A DNA stretch of 32,000 bases from positions 4,500,001-4,532,000 of the forward strand of contig NZ_LN831039.1 in assembly GCF_001457595.1 (NCBI RefSeq), read 5' to 3'. Below the pieces are notes generated by a model, which saw only the letters and a program-made list of their open reading frames with translations, was not told where the DNA came from and ran no database searches. Below, in pieces: positions 7,594 to 16,705 of this stretch. Positions within the stretch are counted from its first letter, which is position 1. The number at the start of each line of letters is the position of its first letter. This stretch comes from Mycolicibacterium smegmatis. GTDB lineage: Bacteria; Actinomycetota; Actinomycetes; Mycobacteriales; Mycobacteriaceae. A program made the translations under genes and the position numbers.

Positions 7594-9035
7594 GTTTGCG
7601 CAGCGTGGCACCGACCCACCGTGCGATGGTGGTCGCGGTGACGGTGTCGATGGTCGCGTTCCTGGACTCCACGGTGATCAATTTGGCCCTGACAGCCATC
7701 GAACATGACCTGGGCGGCGGACTTCCGCTGCAGCAGTGGATCGTCGACGGCTACCTGTTGACCATGGCAGCCGCGATCCTGCCAGGAGGATCGATCTCGG
7801 ACCTGTTCGGACGTGTCCCGGTGATGCGGTTCGGGCTGGTGGTCTTCGGGGCCGGATCGGTTCTGGGTGCCGTGGCCGCCTCGGCAGAAGTGCTCATCGC
7901 CGCGCGGCTCATCCAGGGTCTCGGCGCGGCGTTCCTGGTGCCCGGCTCGCTGGCACTGATCAACACGGTCTTCGACAAAGCACACCAGTCTGCGGCGATC
8001 GGTGTGTGGACCGCGTGGACGGGAACCGCATTCGCGCTGGGCCCGCTGCTGGGCGGCCTGTGCGTCGACCTGCTCGGCTGGCGTTGGGTTTTTGTGCTGT
8101 CGGCGATCCCGATGGCTGCCGGGTACGCGTTGACGTTTTGGCTGTGCCCGGTGTCGGGGCACGTCGTGGGTGCCCGCGTCGACGTCGTCGGGGTCGTTCT
8201 GTCGTCGGTGGGACTGGCCGCGACCGTCTTCGCATTGATCGAGTCGCAACGGAGAGGCTGGGCCGACCTGGTCGTCGCCACGCCAGCGGTCCTGGGAGTC
8301 GTCGCGCTGTCCGGTTTCGTGGGCCGGCAGCGGCGCAGCACGCAACCGTTGCTTCCGTTGTCACTGTTCACGGTTCGCAATTTCACCGCAGTCAACCTGG
8401 TGACGGTGTTCGTCTACGGCGCGTTGACGCTGGGCTCGCTGACTGTCGTTCTCTACGCCCAGGAAATCGGCGGATACTCGGCCACCGCCGCAGGACTGGC
8501 CACGCTACCGATTCCGGTCATGTCGTTCATCCTCGCCCGCCGCGTCGGCCGTATCGCCGCGCGGACGGGACCTCGCATGTTCTTGATCGCCGGTCCCGCC
8601 CTGTCGGGTCTCGGGATGGCGCTGGTCCGTTTGAAGGACAATGGATTCCACGCCACGACGGATCTGTTGCCCGGTATGGTTGTCTTGGCGCTCGGCCTCG
8701 TCCTCACGGTCACGCCGCTGACCTCGATGGCTTTGGCGTCGGTTCCGACCGAGCACAGTGGTTTGGCCTCCGCAGTCAACAACGCCGCCGCTCGACTGGC
8801 GGCGCTGGTATCCGTAGGCTCGATGGGGATGATCACCGTCGGCTCGACCGCTGCCGGTTTCGTCAACCTCTTGAAGGTCAGCGCCGCGCTGTTCGTCCTG
8901 GGATCGTTGTGTGCCGCAGTGTGGATATCCGATTCCCTCGGGGGATACGGACCTGTGCCCTGCGACCTCGCGGCATCGTGCCGCGACCGGCCCGGTGTCC
9001 AGCCGGCACTGGCCGAACAGTCACCTCCGCAGTGA
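7587..9035 (+). CDS. MFS transporter, DHA2 (EmrB/QacA-like, 14-TMS) drug:H+ antiporter type
   Basis: 482 aa and highly hydrophobic. LDSTVINLALTAIEHDLGG and GGSISDLFGRVPVM motifs. The start overlaps the upstream stop. Confidence 0.9.
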   Translation: MVSLRSVAPTHRAMVVAVTVSMVAFLDSTVINLALTAIEHDLGGGLPLQQWIVDGYLLTMAAAILPGGSISDLFGRVPVMRFGLVVFGAGSVLGAVAASAEVLIAARLIQGLGAAFLVPGSLALINTVFDKAHQSAAIGVWTAWTGTAFALGPLLGGLCVDLLGWRWVFVLSAIPMAAGYALTFWLCPVSGHVVGARVDVVGVVLSSVGLAATVFALIESQRRGWADLVVATPAVLGVVALSGFVGRQRRSTQPLLPLSLFTVRNFTAVNLVTVFVYGALTLGSLTVVLYAQEIGGYSATAAGLATLPIPVMSFILARRVGRIAARTGPRMFLIAGPALSGLGMALVRLKDNGFHATTDLLPGMVVLALGLVLTVTPLTSMALASVPTEHSGLASAVNNAAARLAALVSVGSMGMITVGSTAAGFVNLLKVSAALFVLGSLCAAVWISDSLGGYGPVPCDLAASCRDRPGVQPALAEQSPPQ

Positions 9036-9812
9036 CGGCAGGCTACCGTCGGCGAGGTACTTCTTCTGGACATGTGCGTCGATCCAATCGGCGTAGCGAG
9101 TCGAGAAGATCGTGGCGTCTGGATTGGGCGCGAGGGTGTGATCGTCGATCACCGCGCCGAAGTACGGTGCACCGGGATCGGTCACGACCCGGCGCTGATC
9201 TCCCCGGGCCGCAAGACCGGTACGGACGAAGTCGTCCATGCCGATGACTTCCGGCCCAGCGATCTCGACCACCCCGTTGGCAGGCTGACCGAGTGCAGCA
9301 CGAGCGACGGCTGTGGCGACATCATCGGCCGCGATGGGACGGAACGAGGCATGCGGCAACCTGACAACATCGCCGTCGGTCGCGGAATCGGCCAATCCGA
9401 CCGCAAATTCGTAGAAGGGTGTGGCCCGCACGATGGTGTACGGCCGGCCGGAATCCCTGATCAGGTTCTCCTGGGCCGCCTTCGCGGTGTTGTAGCCGCT
9501 GTCCGGCATGCTCTGCGCACCCACCACCGACAGCACGACGTGATGGGAGACGCCTGCCTGCCACTCGGCCGAGAGCAGGTTCGCGGTGGTGGTGACGAAG
9601 AACCGCATCACCGGGTCGTCGTCGAACACCGGTGAACCGGACACGTCGACCACGACATCCGCGCCCGCGACCGCGGCGGCGAGGCCTTCCCCGGTGAGTG
9701 CGTCGACACCTGAGCGACGGGATGCGGCGGTGACGTCGTGGCCCTGCGCACCGAGCTTCGCCGCCACTTTGGCGCCGATCAGGCCACGACCGCCGATGAC
9801 CACGATCTTCAT
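9021..9812 (-). CDS. NAD(P)H-binding, NmrA-like atypical SDR
   Basis: MKIVVIGGRGLIGAKVAAKL N-terminal Rossmann motif, 263 aa. It converges on and overlaps the MFS gene end by 15 nt. Confidence 0.85.
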   Translation of the reverse strand: MKIVVIGGRGLIGAKVAAKLGAQGHDVTAASRRSGVDALTGEGLAAAVAGADVVVDVSGSPVFDDDPVMRFFVTTTANLLSAEWQAGVSHHVVLSVVGAQSMPDSGYNTAKAAQENLIRDSGRPYTIVRATPFYEFAVGLADSATDGDVVRLPHASFRPIAADDVATAVARAALGQPANGVVEIAGPEVIGMDDFVRTGLAARGDQRRVVTDPGAPYFGAVIDDHTLAPNPDATIFSTRYADWIDAHVQKKYLADGSLPSLRR

Positions 9813-9841
9813 GAGAGTCCTTTCACAACCGGTCGAATCAG

Positions 9842-10279
9842 TCAGAGGATTCGCCAGTCGTCGTCGGCCACGATGTGCATGGCCGATTCCTCGGCTGACG
9901 CGGCGCCGCCGTCGATACCGACGTCGTAGGCGCGGTAATCGGAAGTGGAATCAGTCGGGTCGATCTCGAAGGCGAGAAGCCGGCCCGCGCGGGCATCGCC
10001 GACCTGATTGTCGATGGGTTCGCCATCGCTGTCGACGCTGTCACCGATGCCGTCGCCGTCCCAGCGGTCGGTCGTGTCTGGCACCTCGCGGGCCAGACGG
10101 CGCGTCAGACTCTCATGCATACGCGCCTCACGCTCCGTGAGCCCCCACGCACCCAGTTCTCGCGGGCTTTCCGGAGGTGAATAGCCTTCGTCCAGACCGA
10201 TACCGGTCTGCTCGGAGTCCAGGCTCTCCTCAGGTTCGAGGAGATGGCTCGAGACGTCGTCGAATTCAGAAATACCCAT
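9842..10279 (-). CDS. small highly acidic protein (DUF5709-like, assignment from memory)
   Basis: The ATG at 10279 is preceded by GAAACGGAGA. 145 aa rich in D/E, with ...GLDEGYSPPESPRELGAWGLTEREARMHESLTRRLAREVPD... The part of the ORF upstream of this ATG overlaps element B. Confidence 0.6.
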   Translation of the reverse strand: MGISEFDDVSSHLLEPEESLDSEQTGIGLDEGYSPPESPRELGAWGLTEREARMHESLTRRLAREVPDTTDRWDGDGIGDSVDSDGEPIDNQVGDARAGRLLAFEIDPTDSTSDYRAYDVGIDGGAASAEESAMHIVADDDWRIL

Positions 10280-10351
10280 CGGTGCGGTCTCCGTTTCTTC
10301 TCGCGGTGTGACCGCGCAGAGCGATTGCTGTTTCGAGCATGGGGCGCATGA

Positions 10352-10392
10352 AGGCGAGTTGTCATCACCCTGTGCGCGATTCACCCGGGTGA
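10352..10392 (-). promoter_or_regulatory. composite element copy B, sense for acidic protein / NmrA-like genes
   Basis: Minus strand reads TCACCCGGGTGA-ATCGCGCACA-GGGTGA-TGACAAC-TCGCCT. The spacer is 1 nt shorter than in the other copies. It lies 72 nt upstream of the ATG at 10279. Confidence 0.7.
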
Positions 10393-10407
10393 GCGAATCA
10401 GATGGAG

Positions 10408-10815
10408 TCAGACGTCCACCACGGCCTGCAGAATGTCGAACTCACCGAAAAGCGTTCGGCCACATGAGGGACAGTGAACGACACGCCGCAACAGTCGGTG
10501 CACCCTGGTCGGCGTCATCTTGGCCATGATGCGCCGCGCGGCGTTCTCCAACGCATCGCGGTGATCAGCGCAGACGAAACCACAAGCATTGCCGTACTCG
10601 TCACAGTCGAAGCGCCGGCAATCTCCGACGACATGAAACTCCACGTACGCCACCGCGGTTCTTTCGCAACGAAGCCCTGATTTCGGACATCCCAGCTCGC
10701 ATTGCGTCGCAATGTCGCTGTGCCCGATGACGTCACGGAGGATGTCCGATCGGTTGCCCGGCACGGTCCCGTCGGATATCGGGCCCGGCTCCGGAGATCC
10801 GGTGTTGAAATGCAT
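10408..10815 (-). CDS. cysteine-rich hypothetical protein (9 Cys, C-terminal HCPSC)
   Basis: The ATG at 10815 is preceded by GAAGGGGAAG. The longer ORF-track start (10893) lies inside element C. No confident family assignment. Confidence 0.5.
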   Translation of the reverse strand: MHFNTGSPEPGPISDGTVPGNRSDILRDVIGHSDIATQCELGCPKSGLRCERTAVAYVEFHVVGDCRRFDCDEYGNACGFVCADHRDALENAARRIMAKMTPTRVHRLLRRVVHCPSCGRTLFGEFDILQAVVDV

Positions 10816-10876
10816 CCACTTCCCCTTCGAGTTCGCTGACCGGACGATGCGGTGTGTCACAGACTTCATTCGGGCA

Positions 10877-10918
10877 GGGCGAACGGTCATCACCCTGACC
10901 TTCCGTTCACCCGGGTGA
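10877..10918 (-). promoter_or_regulatory. composite element copy C, sense for the Cys-rich gene
   Basis: Minus strand reads TCACCCGGGTGA-ACGGAAGGTCA-GGGTGA-TGACCGT-TCGCCC. It lies 61 nt upstream of the ATG at 10815. Confidence 0.7.
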
Positions 10919-10953
10919 TCAGAGCGAAGTTTGCGCTGAGGCGGTGCCTTTGC

Positions 10954-13233
10954 TCAGAGCAAGCCGAGTTCACGACCGCGGGCAACCGCCGAATTGCGGT
11001 TGTCGACGCCCAGTTTGCGGTAGATGGCCCGCTGGTGGGTCTTCACAGTATTGAGCGAGACGTAGAGTCGCTGACCGATGTCGCGGCGCGACAGCCGGGT
11101 GGCCAACAAACGAAGAACCTCAAGTTCTTTCGATGTCAGGTCCTCGGCGATGTGTTCGTCGTTGTACGCCGCGACCGCCACTCGGCGTCCCTGCCCGGCC
11201 GATCCGATCATGGGGTGCACCGCGACGTTGTCCGGACACCGGCGAAGCAGCGCACCTGCCTCGCTGCGACTTTTCTCGGCCGCTTCCAGATCTCCGAAGT
11301 CGTTCAGTATCTTCGCCCTCACCATCAAGGCCTTTGCGACCTCGAGGATTCCCGCGCCCTTGCGGGCCAGGCCGACCGCCAGATGAGCCGCGTCCGCGGC
11401 AGCGGCCCATTCACCGCTGGCGTACAGGACGACCGACACCGCCAACGACACTGCGACATCGATGAAATTCTGAGTGCCGGCCGGATCGGGGCCCACGCCC
11501 GTTGCCCGGCGAATCAGATGCTCGGCGTCAGCGAGCTGACCGGATTCGGCCTCGATCAGCGCGAGATAACCCAGCGCATACACACGATGGCGTCGGTCCC
11601 CTGTCCTCTCTGTCAGCTCTACGGCACGCTGCAGTTCCGTGCGGGCCTCGTCGATGTCGCCCGAGAAGTACAGGGCGGCCCCGTAGGTGACATGGGCCGC
11701 GGACCGAGCCGGCGGTGCCTCGCCGAATTCAAGGGTGGCCGCTTGGCGGGCCGCGTCGAGCGCATTCGTGACGTCACCAATTTTGAACGCGTAGACCTCA
11801 CGGAGCGCGACCAACTGCTCGGACAGGCCGGCTCGTGCAGAACCCTCGGCGGCCGATACTCCCTCGAGCCCGGCTGCGACCGCTTCGATCCATATCCGCG
11901 CATCGTCGAAAAGGCCGACGTTCAACGCGACCCACGCACGGATGGCACTGAGCCGTGGATCGCCCCTGACGGTGCCCTCGGGCAGAAGGTCGAGCCAGCC
12001 CGACACGGTCGACAGTCCACCGCCGGCCAGTTCGTTGGCCCAGTCCTCGACGATGAGGTCCGCGCTCTCGGCGATGTCTCCGGCGGCCACGAGGTGACGC
12101 AGCGCCTCGTCGACGAGACCCTCGGCCTCGAACCACTTCGCGGCTCGGCGGTGCAGCCCGGGCACGAGTTCGGGTTCGCAACGGTGCAACTCCGCACGCA
12201 GAAGCTCACCGAACAGGTGGTGATATCGATACCAGTGCCGTGACATGTCCAGCGGCACCAGGAAGAGATTTTCGCGCTCCATCTCCTCCAGCACCGATAC
12301 CGAGTCGGAAGACTGCAACACCGCGTCGCACAGCGCACCGTTGAACCGTCGCATCACCGAAGTACGCAGGAGGAAATTGCGAATCCGCGGTGACTGGCGG
12401 TCGAGCACCTCGGCCATAAGGTAATCGACGATATGGCGGTTGTCGCCTGCGAACGTCCTGATGAAGGCCGCTGCCTGCGCGCGCCCGGCGAGCGAGAGTG
12501 CGGCAAGGTAGAGACCTGCGGCCCACCCTTCCGTTCGCCGGTGCAACAGCCGGACATCCTCCTCGGTCAGGTCCAACCCCAGGACATCGTTGAGCAGCTG
12601 ACCGGCCTCGCCGACCCCGAAACGTAGATCGTCGCTGCGCATTTCGACGAGCTCACCGTTGGCACGTAGCCGAGCCAACGGCAGGAGCGGATCTGACCTG
12701 GTGGCCAGAACGACGTGCAGGTTCGCCGGCATCCTGCCGACGGCAAACGCCACCTGCTCGTGGATCGCGCGATTCACCACCATGTGGTAGTCGTCGAGAA
12801 TCAGCACGATCGGACGTGCGACCGCGTCCAGATCGTTCAGCAGGGTGGGCAGGACAACCTGAATCGGATCGGCACCCATGGTCAACAGTTCGACAGCGCG
12901 GGTACCCACACCCGGGCTGATCTTCTGCAGTGCCGCGATGACGTACATCCAGAACCACACGGGGTCGTTGTCGGATGCATCGAGTGACAGCCAGCCGAAT
13001 CGCTGGTCCTTGCCTGCACCCAGCGCCCATTGGGAAAGCAACGTGGTCTTGCCCCATCCCACAGGTGCACTCAGCAGGATCAGCCTGGACCGGCAGCTTT
13101 GCGACAGTGCATCAAGCAGGGCGGTGCGGTGAACGAGCTGACCGGCGATGGCCGGGATGTGCAATTTGGTGGCGAGCAGAACTGCGCGTTCCGTGTCACC
13201 ATGTCCCGCTGCGGGTCCCTCTGAGGCGTCCAT
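10954..13233 (-). CDS. large ATP-binding LuxR-family (LAL / MalT-like STAND) transcriptional regulator 1
   Basis: N-terminal LLATKLHIP... plus P-loop LLSAPVGWGKTTLL. Long helical/TPR-like middle region. C-terminal LuxR HTH LTSKELEVLRLLATRLSRRDIGQRLYVSLNTVKTHQRAIYRKLGV. The ATG at 13233 has GGAG upstream. In-frame alternative starts lie at 13383, 13449 and 13575. Confidence 0.85.
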   Translation of the reverse strand: MDASEGPAAGHGDTERAVLLATKLHIPAIAGQLVHRTALLDALSQSCRSRLILLSAPVGWGKTTLLSQWALGAGKDQRFGWLSLDASDNDPVWFWMYVIAALQKISPGVGTRAVELLTMGADPIQVVLPTLLNDLDAVARPIVLILDDYHMVVNRAIHEQVAFAVGRMPANLHVVLATRSDPLLPLARLRANGELVEMRSDDLRFGVGEAGQLLNDVLGLDLTEEDVRLLHRRTEGWAAGLYLAALSLAGRAQAAAFIRTFAGDNRHIVDYLMAEVLDRQSPRIRNFLLRTSVMRRFNGALCDAVLQSSDSVSVLEEMERENLFLVPLDMSRHWYRYHHLFGELLRAELHRCEPELVPGLHRRAAKWFEAEGLVDEALRHLVAAGDIAESADLIVEDWANELAGGGLSTVSGWLDLLPEGTVRGDPRLSAIRAWVALNVGLFDDARIWIEAVAAGLEGVSAAEGSARAGLSEQLVALREVYAFKIGDVTNALDAARQAATLEFGEAPPARSAAHVTYGAALYFSGDIDEARTELQRAVELTERTGDRRHRVYALGYLALIEAESGQLADAEHLIRRATGVGPDPAGTQNFIDVAVSLAVSVVLYASGEWAAAADAAHLAVGLARKGAGILEVAKALMVRAKILNDFGDLEAAEKSRSEAGALLRRCPDNVAVHPMIGSAGQGRRVAVAAYNDEHIAEDLTSKELEVLRLLATRLSRRDIGQRLYVSLNTVKTHQRAIYRKLGVDNRNSAVARGRELGLL

Positions 13234-13445
13234 GTCCGAACTCCACGAATTGAATGAATCCAACGTCAAGGTAGGAATATTCGGCCTTGACGAGTACTGG
13301 GTGAGCGCCCTTTGCCCGACTTTCCAGAGACTTTCTGCCGGGGCGCCGTGGCGCGTTGTCCGCGATGCTCGCGGTGCAGTCATTGAAACAGACGAATCCT
13401 GCGTGATTTCTGGCGGCTCGTACGGGCGGCGCTTGGTGGGCGCGC

Positions 13446-13532
13446 TCATGGCCGTCTGGACACCAGGATGTAGCCGCCGAAGCCGATCACCACCGGCACC
13501 ATCGCCAGCATTCCCAAAAATGTGCTGATCAT
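13446..13532 (-). CDS. candidate 28-aa hydrophobic small protein / upstream ORF
   Basis: TGAGGAAG precedes ATG; the ORF reads MISTFLGMLAMVPVVIGFGGYILVSRRP-stop. Third-codon positions are mostly G/C. Its TGA overlaps (ATGA) the in-frame ATG at 13449 of the LAL1 reading frame. It is too short to appear in the ORF track. Confidence 0.35.
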   Translation of the reverse strand: MISTFLGMLAMVPVVIGFGGYILVSRRP

Positions 13533-13746
13533 CTTCCTCAAACCTTTTGTATCGCTGGCGCGTTGGCCTCCTCAACCCATGACACCGCTGCGCACAGATG
13601 GTGAGCGCATCTGCCCATCATCGTTTTCAGCTCCGGGTCGTTGCGCTCCGCGGCTGGATCTCGGGTCGAGCGTCGACGGTTGCAGCGATTCAGAACTCGA
13701 TAATTTCTCTGATGACCACGTTCGCAGCCCCGGGCCGTCGCCACCA

Positions 13747-13761
13747 TCACCCGGGGGGTGA
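13747..13761. promoter_or_regulatory. variant of the palindrome with an expanded centre (TCACCC-GGG-GGGTGA)
   Basis: TCACCCGGGGGGTGA lies between the two LAL genes. The downstream GGGTGA-YGACNNY-TCRYCC module is not found at the canonical spacing on either strand. Confidence 0.4.
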
Positions 13762-13811
13762 TCTTTAGTGCGTCTTCGGCGTATGCCTAGTCGACACGAG
13801 CCGGATATGAG

Positions 13812-16643
13812 TTAATCAGCGCGGTGAATGAACTGCGCCAGTTGAGCCCGCGAAGTGACGCCGAGTTTGGCGAACGCGTTACGGACGTGCGTCTTCACCG
13901 TGTGCGGGGAAAGCTGCAGATGCTCTGCCACGGCCCGGTTGGTCGCGCCCTCGGCGATCAACTGCACGACCGTGAGTTCGGAATCGGTGAGACTGTCCCA
14001 GCCCGTTTTCGCACGTTGGGTTGCCACGACCCGCCGTTCCGCCCCCAGACGACGCAGCGCGCGGCCGACTCGGCGGGCATCAGCTGTCGCTCCGCACTCG
14101 CTGTAGGCGTCGAATGCCGTGTTGAGCTGGTCGAGCGCCTCGGTACCGCGTTGTGCGCGAATCAGTTCGGCGCCGGCATCTGCGGCCGCGCCGGCGTACA
14201 GAAGCGGCCGCGGGAATGCGCGAAGCGATTCCGCAGCACGCACCAGCGCGTCGGCGTCGTGCTCGAGAATGCCGCGGGAATACCCGACCACCGCCCTGAA
14301 CAGCGGCACCGCGGGCCGCTCACGACCGAGCACCTCGGCAGCCTGCAACACCCGCGCACGCAGACCCGCATCACCGGCGGCTGATGCCACCTGCGCGGCC
14401 AGGATCAGCCGGACCAACGCGTGCGGGAAAAGAGGTGTCCCCAGTAGGTTGATGTCGCCGAGCCAGCGCGCTGCCTCGTGGATGTCACCGCGATACCACG
14501 CCGCACGCGCGAGGACGTACGCGCAGGCTCGGCGCTGGCCGGGCGGACCGGTGCAGTGAGCATCGTGCGCATCGTTTGCCGTCTCCAGCAACAGGTTCCG
14601 GTCATCGGAGTGTGCCGCCACCTCGGCAAGGATCAGCATGCGGTGTACGTCCAGTTCCTGCGCGCCGGACGCCTGCGGAGGTGGCAGTGACTCAGCTGCG
14701 CCACGAGCGGCCGACAGGCGGCCCGCCGCGAGATGGACCCATCCGGCGTAGACGGCCCAGTTGTCGAGGACCATCGCGCTGCGTTCCCGGTCGGCTTGCG
14801 CGATGCCCTCGGCGGCCCGGTTCGTCGCGTCGTCCAGTCTTCCGACCACGGCCAGCATGTTTGCGTGGAACATCCCGGCATAGGCATGTGCCAGCGCCGT
14901 TTCATTCGTGTAGGCGATTCCACGAAGCTGTTCGAGGCGGCGCAACGCGCGGACCGCGTAACCCTCACCAGAATCGAGCAGGGCATGGGTGACCTCGGCC
15001 ATGATGATGGCCTCCGGATCACCGGTGGACGCGGCCGCGGCGGCAGCTTCGTCGGCTGCGGTACGTGACTGCGCGTCCTCGTCCTGCAATACCAGGTTGT
15101 AGGCCAGGGATGCCAGATGCCGGGCGCGGGTGAGCTCGCTGATGCCTCTCAATCTCAGCGCTCGGCGGCTCTCCGCCACCCGTTGCGGCGAGCTGTGCTT
15201 GGTCTGCGTCGGTAGCCGCAGCCGGATCTCGGCCTCCACCTCGGGCGACGCCGCATCCGCGAGCGCCATGTCGGCCAGCTCTTCGGCTTCACCGTAGCGG
15301 CTGGCCCGGTTGAGCCAACCCACCGTTTCCGCAATCAGGGATCCGTGTTCGGCGTCGTCGGCTGGCGACAGTTCCAACGCACACCTGCTCAGATCCGCGG
15401 CGGCGCCCGCATCTCCGCGGCCGACTGCCTGCGCGGCTTCTCGCAGTGCGTCGATCGCCTCCCGGTCACCCGGCTCGGCGCTGCGGGCCAGCTGGGTGGC
15501 GACCTCGGCAGGCGCAGCACCCATCCCGAGCATGACCGACGCCGATTGGCGTTCCATCGCCCGCCGCAACGACTTCGGCAACGACTGCCTGGTGGCCTCG
15601 CGCAGGAGATCGTGCCGGAATCTCAACTGTTCACCGTCTTCGATGAAAAGATCTGCGTGCACGGCCTCTTCGAGCGACGACAGCAACGACGTCGGCGATC
15701 GTTCGAGCATCGCGGCCAGCAAGCCCGCGGTGAAGCGGTCCGGCAGTACCGCTGCCACCCGGACCACCTCTGAGGCGCCCTCGGAGAGCAGATCGAGCCG
15801 TTGGTGCATGCTGGCACCGAGACGCCGTGGCAGAGCAAAACCCGAGGCCACCGCACGGCCATCGGAGAGGCCGAGCCGTCCCTCCTCGCCGAGACCGCGG
15901 ACGAGCTCGCTGATCAGGAACGGATTGCCGTGCGCCTTGGCAGCCAGACTCAGCAACGAGGTGTCGGCCCGTGCCCGCACCGCGTCCTGAACCATGTCGG
16001 CAACCGCATCCGGCGTCATCGCCGCCAGTCGCAGGAACGTGGCATCGGTTCGCTGCAACACCGACAACGTCTCCTGCACCGCCTGTCCCCCAGCCCCGGT
16101 GCGGGCCGTGAACACCCACAACACCGGCACATCGATCTCTGTGGTCAGCGACCGCAGCGCCAGCAACGTCGCGTTGTCAGCCCAATGAATGTCTTCGAGC
16201 ACGATCATCAGAGGCGTCTGGGCGGCGGCCGCACGGATCGCGTTGTGCAGATCGTGCACCACCCAGTAGCGCAGGTCTGCCGAGCCACCCAGTTCGCGCA
16301 GCGCCGCCACGTCGCCGATCGGGGGATCGGCGCGCAACGTGGCCATGAACAGCGAGAAGAACGGCACCGTCTGCTGATACTCGAACGCTTCCCCGAACAA
16401 CGTGCGAACCCCGCACTTGTCGGCCAGCCCCAACACCTCGGTCAGCAAGCGACTCTTCCCGATGCCCGGGGGCCCCTCGATCACCAGCACGCCGCCGCGC
16501 CCTCGGGCCGCTGCGGTAATCAGTGCACCGGCAGTTTTCAGCTCATCCGCTCGCCCACGAATCGGCGGCGTGATCAGCCGTTCGCCGCCGACGTCGAAAA
16601 AGTCGGTTGAAGGCCCCACCGGGGTGTCCTGTCTACGGTTCAC
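13812..16643 (-). CDS. large ATP-binding LuxR-family (AAA/STAND ATPase - TPR - LuxR HTH) transcriptional regulator 2
   Basis: 943 aa. P-loop VLVIEGPPGIGKSRLL, Walker-B-like LMIVLEDIHWAD, long alanine-rich helical repeats, and C-terminal LTDSELTVVQLIAEGATNRAVAEHLQLSPHTVKTHVRNAFAKLGV. The GTG start at 16643 is approximate. Confidence 0.85.
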   Translation of the reverse strand: MNRRQDTPVGPSTDFFDVGGERLITPPIRGRADELKTAGALITAAARGRGGVLVIEGPPGIGKSRLLTEVLGLADKCGVRTLFGEAFEYQQTVPFFSLFMATLRADPPIGDVAALRELGGSADLRYWVVHDLHNAIRAAAAQTPLMIVLEDIHWADNATLLALRSLTTEIDVPVLWVFTARTGAGGQAVQETLSVLQRTDATFLRLAAMTPDAVADMVQDAVRARADTSLLSLAAKAHGNPFLISELVRGLGEEGRLGLSDGRAVASGFALPRRLGASMHQRLDLLSEGASEVVRVAAVLPDRFTAGLLAAMLERSPTSLLSSLEEAVHADLFIEDGEQLRFRHDLLREATRQSLPKSLRRAMERQSASVMLGMGAAPAEVATQLARSAEPGDREAIDALREAAQAVGRGDAGAAADLSRCALELSPADDAEHGSLIAETVGWLNRASRYGEAEELADMALADAASPEVEAEIRLRLPTQTKHSSPQRVAESRRALRLRGISELTRARHLASLAYNLVLQDEDAQSRTAADEAAAAAASTGDPEAIIMAEVTHALLDSGEGYAVRALRRLEQLRGIAYTNETALAHAYAGMFHANMLAVVGRLDDATNRAAEGIAQADRERSAMVLDNWAVYAGWVHLAAGRLSAARGAAESLPPPQASGAQELDVHRMLILAEVAAHSDDRNLLLETANDAHDAHCTGPPGQRRACAYVLARAAWYRGDIHEAARWLGDINLLGTPLFPHALVRLILAAQVASAAGDAGLRARVLQAAEVLGRERPAVPLFRAVVGYSRGILEHDADALVRAAESLRAFPRPLLYAGAAADAGAELIRAQRGTEALDQLNTAFDAYSECGATADARRVGRALRRLGAERRVVATQRAKTGWDSLTDSELTVVQLIAEGATNRAVAEHLQLSPHTVKTHVRNAFAKLGVTSRAQLAQFIHRAD

Positions 16644-16705
16644 CGGACTGCCACTTCAGTGAGCCAGTCTAGGCCTTTTGATCACCGTCCCGAACACCGC
16701 ACGTG

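Noticed and set aside
7736-9247. 503-aa plus-strand ORF and the minus-strand ORFs 7521-8345 and 7751-8395 overlapping the MFS gene
   Set aside because: These are alternative frames of a clearly hydrophobic 14-TMS transporter gene. Their translations are Arg/Pro/Gly-rich with no recognisable motifs.
10852-12243. 463-aa plus-strand ORF opposite LAL1, and similar ORFs (13824-14384, 15310-15990, 15801-16610) opposite LAL2
   Set aside because: They are antisense shadows of genes with unambiguous P-loop and LuxR HTH motifs and show no motifs of their own.
13148-13528. 126-aa plus-strand ORF in the LAL1 upstream region
   Set aside because: Mixed codon third-position usage, no convincing RBS, and no recognisable motif. 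It overlaps the more coding-like minus-strand mini-ORF. Left unannotated.
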